Virus record (IMG/VR): IMGVR_UViG_3300032260_000019
Coordinates: 1 to 28,864 of that record
Direction: 5' to 3' (one strand)
Length of the DNA stretch: 28,864 nucleotides
Source: a virus
Taxonomy: Duplodnaviria; Caudoviricetes
In this document: positions 7,610 through 14,775 of the stretch, piece after piece
Layout: each line of letters opens with the position of its first letter
How positions within the stretch are numbered: the first letter of the stretch is position 1
Program-made: the position numbers and the translations under genes
Notes under the pieces: model-generated
Databases searched by the model: none
Told to the model about the DNA's origin: nothing
What the model saw: the letters and a program-made list of their open reading frames with translations, nothing else

Positions 7610-8093
7610 CCCAGTCGACAAGTGTGCTTGCGGACATGAACGCGGATGGCACGTCCGTGGAGAACACGAGTGTCATTGCGGGTCGTGCGACTGCGACCAA
7701 TACGCTTCCCCGCTGCCTGTAGCCAGGTCGGTACCGCGCAACGGGGAAGTGTTCTTCCCGCTACTAGACACAACTTGCTCTGGCCCTGGTTCGGCAATTG
7801 TTCCTGTCGATGTCTTGCCAGCGCCAGCGCCAGTGACGGTTCATCAGCGCGCTGAGAGCTACCCACGTTCGCGGCTCATCGCAAGGACGGCGGAGTTCGG
7901 CCGGCCGACGTGTCAGCGCTGCGGGATCGACGTTGACGTTGTTGCGACGGAACGAAGCATTGAGACGGGGTCAACACTCATCCACGTTGAGTGTCATGGC
8001 GCGCGCGACGTCGTTAATCTTACGGACGATGACGTGGACGCAGCCGTCAATCTGAGAGATGTCATCTCAGATCTTTGGGCATTCACCGACTAG
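7602..8093 (+). CDS. Cys/His-rich hypothetical protein (163 aa)
   Basis: MADPVDKCACGH...H...CHCGSCDC and CQRC...CHG. Confidence 0.65.
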   Translation: MADPVDKCACGHERGWHVRGEHECHCGSCDCDQYASPLPVARSVPRNGEVFFPLLDTTCSGPGSAIVPVDVLPAPAPVTVHQRAESYPRSRLIARTAEFGRPTCQRCGIDVDVVATERSIETGSTLIHVECHGARDVVNLTDDDVDAAVNLRDVISDLWAFTD

Positions 8094-8289
8094 CCTGGTG
8101 CGTCTTTTCCAGGTCGGTGAAGTACCTGCCCATGGAGAATGCGTCTTCTAGGCTTAGCTTGATCGTCTTCCGGTCGTTGCTGCCTCGGTCACCCTCGATG
8201 ATTACGAGGGTGACGTGTGGAGCGCCTGCATAGTGGACCGCATGCAACGACCGGTGCGGGCCAAGGGTGTACTTACGCCCGGTCATCAT
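8083..8289 (-). CDS. Hypothetical protein (68 aa)
   Basis: Last ORF of a minus-strand operon, converging on the plus-strand cluster. Confidence 0.55.
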   Translation of the reverse strand: MMTGRKYTLGPHRSLHAVHYAGAPHVTLVIIEGDRGSNDRKTIKLSLEDAFSMGRYFTDLEKTHQASR

Positions 8290-8298
8290 GACGGCGCC

Positions 8299-8589
8299 TT
8301 AAACGGGGTCGTGGCCCTGAAAGAAGAATGTCGGGTCTGTCCCGGCGACGGTTTCCGTGACCTTGATGAGCTTCACGCAGTGCGGAAGGTCGGTCGCGGC
8401 CGGGCCGCTACGAACGATTGCATCAGTGGTCACGGTTGCGGCGATTGTGATCCACGTCGTTCCGTCATTCGATACCAGCACGTTGTAGCTGCCGGATGCC
8501 CCTGGGTGGACGACAAGCGACTTGTGTGTGAAGCGCTCGATATCAAGCTCGGTGTTGATTGCGAGTGAGTGGTTGACGTTGTCTGACAT
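8299..8589 (-). CDS. Hypothetical beta-rich protein (96 aa)
   Basis: AAGGAG RBS; S/T/V-rich, YNVLVSNDGTTW. Confidence 0.7.
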   Translation of the reverse strand: MSDNVNHSLAINTELDIERFTHKSLVVHPGASGSYNVLVSNDGTTWITIAATVTTDAIVRSGPAATDLPHCVKLIKVTETVAGTDPTFFFQGHDPV

Positions 8590-8619
8590 TTGGCTGATCT
8601 CCTTGGGTAGCGATCGAGC

Positions 8620-8946
8620 TTACAGCATGCGAAACGCGGTGCGGGACGTTTCCTCTGCGTCGCCAACGCCTCGGTTTGCGCTGAACTCTGTTAGCATCTT
8701 CTTGGCTGTTCGCTGGCCATGCTCGACGGCCCACTCGCGCTTGCGCAGTGCGCAAGCGTCGACGTGGACTTCGCCATCGTTGACCCATGCGATGTGGAAT
8801 CCGTCGTCTTCGCTGATCACCGTCACATACCCGGTGTTTGCCGCGTTGGTGATCGGGGCTTCCCGGAGGCGATGGTTCGCACACGTCACGTCTTCCGGTC
8901 GGTCGACGTAGACGATCTGATCTTCTGTGAATTCCTGGGAGTTCAT
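8620..8946 (-). CDS. Hypothetical protein (108 aa)
   Basis: Start MNSQEFTE in ATGA overlap with the upstream stop; AAAGG RBS. Confidence 0.65.
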   Translation of the reverse strand: MNSQEFTEDQIVYVDRPEDVTCANHRLREAPITNAANTGYVTVISEDDGFHIAWVNDGEVHVDACALRKREWAVEHGQRTAKKMLTEFSANRGVGDAEETSRTAFRML

Positions 8947-9500
8947 CGGCAGTACCTTTCGTTCAGCGCCGCAGCGTGCTTGTCGAGAGATCGGGGGAAC
9001 GGGTCGTTCGGTGATTGCACCTCCCTGGTGATCCCTGTTGCGGTATGCGACAGGCCAAGCCCGTGGGATATAGCATGAGTGTTCACCGCGTATTGCATCG
9101 AGTAGCTGGAGTTCATTGAGATCGCAGGTTCGTAGAGTCGGATCTCCACGTAATTGACGCGGTCGCCAGTCTTTGACGCGAAGGTCTTCTCCCAGGCGGT
9201 GCCGCGCTCGGGGTCGTTCACGGATGCGTCGATGATTCGGATGTCGCACGGGCACGGCTTGCTGAGAACCAGGACCGCGCACCCAGCGGCACGGTTCCAT
9301 AGGTCGACCGCCGCAGCGCAATCGTCGTGGCCACTCTCGCAGGAGACCTTCAGCGGCAGCCTGTCGCGATCCCACCGAACGGCAGCTTCGCCTTCAGCCC
9401 AGACTGGAATCCCTGGCTGGACCGCGTACTGATTCCAGAGCATTGCCCCGGTGATTGCTATTACCCCCAGTACCAGAACAATGATGGTTGACCTGTTCAT
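8943..9500 (-). CDS. Membrane-anchored matrixin/M10-like zincin lacking the catalytic Glu
   Basis: N-terminal hydrophobic helix; AAVDLWN helix; HAISHGLGLSH where HExxHxxGxxH is expected. Confidence 0.7.
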   Translation of the reverse strand: MNRSTIIVLVLGVIAITGAMLWNQYAVQPGIPVWAEGEAAVRWDRDRLPLKVSCESGHDDCAAAVDLWNRAAGCAVLVLSKPCPCDIRIIDASVNDPERGTAWEKTFASKTGDRVNYVEIRLYEPAISMNSSYSMQYAVNTHAISHGLGLSHTATGITREVQSPNDPFPRSLDKHAAALNERYCR

Positions 9501-9530
9501 TGCCTGAAAATACCAGGGGGGTCTGTCTGT

Positions 9531-9743
9531 CTACCTGATGAAGGTGGACAGGATGTGGGTGAGGCTGCCAACCTCTCTGGCGGACAGGCGGACGCTGATC
9601 TCGCGTCCGCCGTCACCCACGAACATCAGGACGACACACCTGTTCGCGACTGTCCGCGGAGGTTCGATCCTGATGTGGTCGACGTCGCCGCCCGCTTCGC
9701 CGAGGCAAAGCGTGATGCCGTAGTCGTCAACCAGGCTCCCCAT
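9531..9743 (-). CDS. Hypothetical protein (70 aa)
   Basis: ORF fills the gap in the minus-strand operon. Confidence 0.5.
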   Translation of the reverse strand: MGSLVDDYGITLCLGEAGGDVDHIRIEPPRTVANRCVVLMFVGDGGREISVRLSAREVGSLTHILSTFIR

Positions 9744-9790
9744 ACAGACAGTTTGTCATCACTTGCCTCCGGCGACCAGTGCGAGGCGTG

Positions 9791-10543
9791 TTACGACGGC
9801 GTTACTGGCTGGTTGCTGGCGTTACAGAGTTCTTCTAACTCAATGATGCGCAGGTACTTTTCAAGTCGTATGTTTTCGCCGGCCAGATTTCTGGCCGGAA
9901 TAGATAGAAGCATCTGGCCTTCGTCGATGATGGCGTATTCGAACCCCTGCGAGTCCATGCGCGCCAGCGCCATGCCGTAGACGGTCTGGTTCGACGGCGT
10001 GATTGCTCGGTACTTGTAGTCGAACTGCTCTGCGATGCTTTCGATCTGATCTTCCGGCGAGAGGATGTCTCCGGCATCGTCTGTAGCGTCCGTCGGCAGG
10101 AGGAAGAGGAGGCAGCTGTCGCTCAGCGCTGTCATCGAATCGATCGCGTCTGGCGTCTCGTTTTTTTGCGCGTCCGTTTCGGTTGAGGTGTCGACACAGT
10201 CAAGCGTATCGCGCCAATGGTTCGCCTCGTGCTCGTCAAAGCTTTGCATCGATCCACGTCCGTCGACCTTCGTTATAAACATTGGTCCGCGTATCGTGTG
10301 CCCGCCAGGTATCACAAAGTTTACTGGCATCGGTTCGGTGCGGTTCCATTTGGGATGCGAGTTGACTGAGAGTGCTGCGTCTTCGTTGCAGACGATTTCG
10401 ATCCTGCTTCCGCCTTCTCCACCGACCGTGATTGTTTGGCAGTGCCCCTCCACGATCGCCTGCCACGCATCGATATCATCCTCCACGTTCGCGATGTATG
10501 CCGGGGCCCCGACCTTCTTCACTACCGCTTTGATCACGTTCAT
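9791..10543 (-). CDS. DUF3846-like domain protein (250 aa)
   Basis: GGAGG RBS; WQAIVEGH...IVCNEDA...PVN...IRGPMFI resembles the LQ..VGG.IE...CNEEG...N pattern (recognised from memory). Confidence 0.65.
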   Translation of the reverse strand: MNVIKAVVKKVGAPAYIANVEDDIDAWQAIVEGHCQTITVGGEGGSRIEIVCNEDAALSVNSHPKWNRTEPMPVNFVIPGGHTIRGPMFITKVDGRGSMQSFDEHEANHWRDTLDCVDTSTETDAQKNETPDAIDSMTALSDSCLLFLLPTDATDDAGDILSPEDQIESIAEQFDYKYRAITPSNQTVYGMALARMDSQGFEYAIIDEGQMLLSIPARNLAGENIRLEKYLRIIELEELCNASNQPVTPS

Positions 10544-10751
10544 CGTTGTTGCCTCCGCTGATGGTTTGAATTCGCTGGCAGTTTGGGCACTGCCAGCCGC
10601 TCGCAGACATTTGCCAGCCCTGGTGTTTCGCATAGGCTTCGGCCTCATATTTTTTCAGCAAGTCGCCTTCGACGAACAGTGCTGATTGCCTGGGGCAGGT
10701 GCGGCATAGCAGAACCCATGCGCGCACCATCTTTCCGTTGCCTGCCGTCAT
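10476..10751 (-). CDS. Zinc-finger protein (91 aa)
   Basis: ATGA coupling; CRTC...GW...WQCPNC. Confidence 0.6.
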   Translation of the reverse strand: MTAGNGKMVRAWVLLCRTCPRQSALFVEGDLLKKYEAEAYAKHQGWQMSASGWQCPNCQRIQTISGGNNDERDQSGSEEGRGPGIHRERGG

Positions 10752-11092
10752 GCCACTTTGGCTTCTTCACTTCCGTCGCTTACTAGAACTCCGCCGCGCA
10801 GATATGCGATGTACATCCTGTCTCCGTGGATGGCTGAGATTATTCTTCCTCCGAGGACTTTGCACTGGGATGTTTTGAGTGCCTTGAGTACGCGAGTGAT
10901 CATCCCTTTGTTGCATTCGCTGTCGTCGACTTCATATCCGCGTTGCCGGCTGGCCTCGATGCGATGCGCAGGGTTGTAGGAATGTTTTCCGGCGCAGCCG
11001 CAGCAGCACCGGTCGGGCTTGCCTGAGTATACGCTTTGCACGTCGCCGTTCGTGAGTGCTGCGATTGTTTTCGTTGTTGCGGTCATCGTCAT
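10748..11092 (-). CDS. Hypothetical protein with CCCGCAG motif (114 aa)
   Basis: GGAGG RBS; VYSGKPDRCCCGCAGKH. Confidence 0.75.
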   Translation of the reverse strand: MTMTATTKTIAALTNGDVQSVYSGKPDRCCCGCAGKHSYNPAHRIEASRQRGYEVDDSECNKGMITRVLKALKTSQCKVLGGRIISAIHGDRMYIAYLRGGVLVSDGSEEAKVA

Positions 11093-11100
11093 TGCCTCCG

Positions 11101-11544
11101 TTAGTAGCTAGCGCAGACCGGGCCGATTCCGGTCTCGATGGATTGCGGTACGGTGAGTGCGCGGCCGCAGCGGCCGCAGCGGCCTTCGTGCCAGATTTCT
11201 ACATTGGTGGGGAGTTCGCCGTTGGCGATGCGCTTCCAGCACCAGGCGAATGCCCGCGCGCTGGGGGCGTCTTCGCCGAAGGGGCTGCGCCTTCCGTGGC
11301 GGTAGTTGGTCTCTTCGAAGATCGTCCCAAGGAATGTGTAATCGTCCGGGGCCGAAAGGACTGACACAAAGTGCAGGACCTTCATTTCTTCCGCATTGTT
11401 GGATGGTACGAATTCGCCCTTGGTGACGCGGTAGGTGAAGCGCGTGCCTGTCACTTTTGAGACCAGGGTTATCGTAGCCTTGCCTGCCAGGACAAATGCC
11501 TTCGCCTGGTCTCCGCTTTCTAGTCGGTGCCTGTTCTTCGCCAT
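11101..11544 (-). CDS. DUF6011-like zinc-finger protein, leaderless
   Basis: C-terminal CGRCGRALTVPQSIETGIGPVCA; starts 6 nt after the -10 box of P4. Confidence 0.8.
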   Translation of the reverse strand: MAKNRHRLESGDQAKAFVLAGKATITLVSKVTGTRFTYRVTKGEFVPSNNAEEMKVLHFVSVLSAPDDYTFLGTIFEETNYRHGRRSPFGEDAPSARAFAWCWKRIANGELPTNVEIWHEGRCGRCGRALTVPQSIETGIGPVCASY

Positions 11545-11550
11545 GAATCC

Positions 11551-11579
11551 AATCTACCTCCGGCCGGCCCGGCCGTCAA
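11551..11579 (-). promoter_or_regulatory. Leaderless promoter P4
   Basis: TTGACG(11579-11574)-17 bp-TAGATT(11556-11551)-6 nt-ATG(11544). Confidence 0.8.
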
Positions 11580-11609
11580 CGGGAAAGTGCGCAAAATCGT
11601 ACTTTCCCG
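11580..11609. promoter_or_regulatory. Operator-like palindrome at P4
   Basis: CGGGAAAGTGCG-CAAAAT-CGTACTTTCCCG, 11/12 symmetric. Confidence 0.75.
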
Positions 11610-11733
11610 GCAAGCCCGGTGTGTGCCCGTATTTCGGCCGGTGGCGCCTGGCCCTCCCCGTGGCTGGGGGCGGCGGCCGCGGCCGCCCACGGCCGGAGTG
11701 CGGCGCGACAGCCGGGCGTGTTACCTTGACTTG

Positions 11734-11958
11734 GTGGACGGAGATCGGACGGCGACGGAGCACCCGCTCGACGGGTGCAGGGGCGAGATGCTCAAGCGAG
11801 CCCGTGCAGCCGAAGATCCCGACCAGGGAACGACGGCGCGCGAAGCCCTTGTGGCCCTGCTCGAAGGTGAGCAGGGGATATGCGCCCGTGATTCAATCAG
11901 GATTGCACACGCATGGCTGAACAACAGGCAGACTCCGACCGGGTATCGTGCGAAGTAG
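11734..11958 (+). CDS. Hypothetical protein (74 aa), possibly leaderless
   Basis: GTG 6 nt after an extended -10-like TGnTACCTT (11719-11727); no good -35. Confidence 0.4.
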   Translation: MDGDRTATEHPLDGCRGEMLKRARAAEDPDQGTTAREALVALLEGEQGICARDSIRIAHAWLNNRQTPTGYRAK

Positions 11959-12185
11959 TCGATCGCGAAGTAGTCGATCGCAGATCGTGTTGCCCGCGGT
12001 TTGATGGAATTCAGATGTTTGCCGCCACGAAGGCGCGCGAGCGGGAAAAGCTGGGGGAGACGATCTCAGCGTGGATGGCGAAGAATCGGCATCTAGTCCC
12101 TGTCGATCGGACCGTTACCCAGTCATCTGACAATGAATTTCATTGCGTGACCGTCACCCTGTTCTGGCGCAAAGGGGTCATCTAG
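11913..12185 (+). CDS. Small conserved hypothetical protein, Myxococcota-like
   Basis: FAATKAREREKLGETISAW...QSSDNEFHCVTVTLFW resembles a small myxobacterial family (from memory); start uncertain. Confidence 0.7.
   Translation: MAEQQADSDRVSCEVVDREVVDRRSCCPRFDGIQMFAATKAREREKLGETISAWMAKNRHLVPVDRTVTQSSDNEFHCVTVTLFWRKGVI
11951..11980 (+). repeat. 15-bp tandem duplication
   Basis: CGAAGTAGTCGATCG x2. Confidence 0.9.
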
Positions 12186-12230
12186 TCGCGTGACCTATGG
12201 CCTCGTTTCGAGACAGGCTTAAGGCGCGAA

Positions 12231-12304
12231 GAGCCGCGGGAACGGAATCGCCATCAGCTGCAGCCGTTTCCGGCCGGGGGGACAGCGCTCCGAACCCGCG
12301 GCTC
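12231..12304 (-). other. Long imperfect hairpin with GAAA tetraloop, 3' of the recombinase
   Basis: GAGCCGCGGG/CCCGCGGCTC outer stem, CGGA/TCCG, CGCTGTC/GATGGCG (G-U pairs on the minus strand), GGCCG-GAAA-CGGCT. Confidence 0.6.
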
Positions 12305-12313
12305 GATCCGAAT

Positions 12314-12928
12314 CTAGCACGGGAGGGTTCGGACGGCGGAGAAGATATCGTCGTCGCTGGGCCCGGCGTAGATAGTCGTGGTGTTGAGATTCTTGTGTCG
12401 GGCGACGCGCTGGGTGAGCCGGATGTCCCCGGTGGCCCGGTAGACGTTGGTCAGGGCGGTGTGCCGCAGCTGGTGGAACGTGAAGCGTCGGTCGAGGCCA
12501 GCGCGGTCCTGCCAGTTGCAGAAGGTGCGGCGGACTTGTCTGGTGCAGAGTCGGCCACCAAGCCGGCTGACGAACAGGGGGGAGTCGACGTCGAGCCCCT
12601 CGCCGTTGCGTCGCTTCCAGGACATGAACCGCTTCATCTTGAAGACGAGGCTGTCAGGGAGGAAGACGGTCTGGGGGGCGGGGCGACCGCCACACCGTTT
12701 GAAGACGCGCAGCTCGATGCGTCTACGGACGCGCCCGGTGCCGTCGAAGAAATCGCCGACGTTCAGGGCGACGATCTCCATCTCACGCAGCCCGGTGCCG
12801 AGGGCGAGGGCGAACAGGACGTGGTCGCGGAATCCGCGGACATGCTCGCCTGTGACGCGGAGAAGCCGGGCTTGCTCGGCGACGGTCATGGTGGTGGGGG
12901 GACGTCGAATCCCGTCGATGTAGCTCAT
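12314..12928 (-). CDS. Tyrosine recombinase, catalytic domain only (204 aa)
   Basis: [14 protein letters not shown] (VFKR), HQLRH, H (ARH), Y (TTTIY); AGGAGG RBS 6 nt upstream of ATG 12928. Confidence 0.93.
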   Translation of the reverse strand: MSYIDGIRRPPTTMTVAEQARLLRVTGEHVRGFRDHVLFALALGTGLREMEIVALNVGDFFDGTGRVRRRIELRVFKRCGGRPAPQTVFLPDSLVFKMKRFMSWKRRNGEGLDVDSPLFVSRLGGRLCTRQVRRTFCNWQDRAGLDRRFTFHQLRHTALTNVYRATGDIRLTQRVARHKNLNTTTIYAGPSDDDIFSAVRTLPC

Positions 12929-13009
12929 GATTTGCCTCCTGGGTCCACGTTCGCGTTGGAAGGGGACGGAAGTCAACGCGAGATCTGGCAACTTAAAGAA
13001 AGCCCGCTG

Positions 13010-14473
13010 GTGACTACCCCGGCTGGGGTAACGCGCACACCGCTAGTTGTTGTCAAGCGTGACGAGAATGACTTCGCTGACTGGCTGTCGACGGAGACAG
13101 GGTTCCTTCTGGGGCTTGCGCAGTTTGGAGACGAAGACCTCAGCCTGGAGCCTTACCAGATCGCGTTCATGCGATGTAAGTCAGACTATCGATGCGTTGA
13201 GAAGTCGCGCCAGGTCGGATACAGCTTGCTGTTTGCGTGCGAGGCGATTGCGCGCACGCACCTGCGGGAAACGCACAACAGTATTTTCGTCTCGTACAAC
13301 CTCGCAGATTCGAAAGAGAAGATTGCGTACGCGGCACAGCTACACGAAGAGCTTCCTCTCGAATACCAGAAGAAGAAGGTCGTTGATTCGAAGACAGAGC
13401 TTGGCTTCAGGTCGAATAGTTCGAACAAGCGCGTAAGCCGAATCATTTCGAACCCGTCCCGTGCGCCGCGCGGAAAGAAGGGGGATATCTACCTCGACGA
13501 GCTTGCTCACTACGCGAACGATCGCGAAGTGTACAAGGGGTCTACCGCACTGATTCTTCGCGCCAAAGGGCAGCTGACAGTGTGCTCTTCTCCGCTGGGT
13601 CGACGCGGCCAGTTCTGGGAGATAGCCAGGCAAGAGATCAGCAAGTTTGGATCCTACTGGCGCCAAGCAGTTCCGTGGTGGCTGTGTAGCTTCTTCTGCA
13701 CGAACGTTCCGCTTGCAGCAATTGAGGCACCGAAGCTATCGACCAAGGAACGCGTTCAAAAGTTCGGCAAGAAAGGAATCCTTTCTCAGTTCGAATCGCT
13801 TTCGATGGAAGATTTTCAGCAGGAGTTCGAAGTTCTCTACGTCGATGAGTCGATGTCGTTCTTTCCGTACGAACTGATCTTGGGATGCACGAACGACGAA
13901 CACGAGACCGTCGATGACTTCACGAAAGTGCCAACGGTCAATCGACTGGTTGCCGGATTCGACGTTGGTCGCAAGAAGGACTTCTCCGAGCTTTCGATCT
14001 TTGAACAGCTCGACGACGGTCGGCATGTCTCACGCCTGTTCATGCGATTCGACAAGGTCCCGTTCCGAGTCCAGAAGAACACGCTACAAAGGATGATGAA
14101 CCTGCTTCCGGTTGCACGACTGTCGATCGACCAGAACGGTCTCGGGATGCAGATGGCGGAGGATCTTGCAGAGGACTATCCGCAGGTTGAGCCGTGCGTG
14201 CTGTCGGGGCCAAGCAAGGAACTGTGGCTTACCGATTTCAAGATCCTGCTACAGCAGCAGAAGCTGGTATTGCCGCGCAACCGCGAGTTGATTTCTCAGA
14301 TTCATAGCATCCGAAAACGCATCACCCCAGCCGGCCGGCCGATCTTCGAAACCAACGACACTTCGAGTGGCGAGGGGCATGCTGATAGGCTCTGGTCGTG
14401 CGTCCTTGCGTGTAAGAAGGAGCGCATGGCTCCTGCGCAGGCCGCGCAGGTCGAGGTGAGGATCCTCGGCTAG
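13010..14473 (+). CDS. terL: Terminase large subunit (frame is open upstream to ATG 12197)
   Basis: LEPYQ adenine-binding motif, EKSRQVGYS Walker A variant, IYLDE Walker B, CSSPLG, nuclease [10 protein letters not shown] and HADRLWS; GTG 13010 chosen as start but uncertain. Confidence 0.9.
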   Translation: MTTPAGVTRTPLVVVKRDENDFADWLSTETGFLLGLAQFGDEDLSLEPYQIAFMRCKSDYRCVEKSRQVGYSLLFACEAIARTHLRETHNSIFVSYNLADSKEKIAYAAQLHEELPLEYQKKKVVDSKTELGFRSNSSNKRVSRIISNPSRAPRGKKGDIYLDELAHYANDREVYKGSTALILRAKGQLTVCSSPLGRRGQFWEIARQEISKFGSYWRQAVPWWLCSFFCTNVPLAAIEAPKLSTKERVQKFGKKGILSQFESLSMEDFQQEFEVLYVDESMSFFPYELILGCTNDEHETVDDFTKVPTVNRLVAGFDVGRKKDFSELSIFEQLDDGRHVSRLFMRFDKVPFRVQKNTLQRMMNLLPVARLSIDQNGLGMQMAEDLAEDYPQVEPCVLSGPSKELWLTDFKILLQQQKLVLPRNRELISQIHSIRKRITPAGRPIFETNDTSSGEGHADRLWSCVLACKKERMAPAQAAQVEVRILG

Positions 14474-14505
14474 GTGTCAGCCGACTGGACTAGGATGGCC
14501 GAACG

Positions 14506-14772
14506 ATGATTATCCCGGTGAAGGTCTACGAGGTTGGCAGGGCTACGCCAAGCGAGAAGCCGAGGTTCGTGCGCGACTTCAAGATCGTCGCGCCCAGCAT
14601 AGATGCGTGTCGCAGGCTAGTGAAGGACAAGATCACGGGCGAAGGGTACGCGGTGCGTGCGCTGTCTGTATCGCCTGACCCGAAACCAGTCGGGTCCATC
14701 CTGGTCTACGTGTGGACAAAGGACGTTTCAGCGTTACGGCGTGCCCCGTCGCGACGACGTCACCGGAGGTAA
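14506..14772 (+). CDS. Hypothetical basic protein (88 aa)
   Basis: ORF between terL and portal; its 3' end supplies the GGAGG RBS of the portal. Confidence 0.7.
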   Translation: MIIPVKVYEVGRATPSEKPRFVRDFKIVAPSIDACRRLVKDKITGEGYAVRALSVSPDPKPVGSILVYVWTKDVSALRRAPSRRRHRR

Positions 14773-14775
14773 TCA

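Noticed and set aside
12231-12304. tRNA or hammerhead ribozyme (74 nt, GGTTCG, CTGATGG and GAAA present)
   Set aside because: No cloverleaf and the T-loop motif is misplaced; the hammerhead core is mismatched with no room for the required stems
13015-13030. TACCCC-GGCT-GGGGTA hairpin at the proposed terL start
   Set aside because: A 6-bp stem is expected by chance at this GC content
12197-14473. Intein or intron in terL
   Set aside because: No intein splice motifs (C/S...HN-C/S/T) and no frame break; ATPase and nuclease motifs are contiguous
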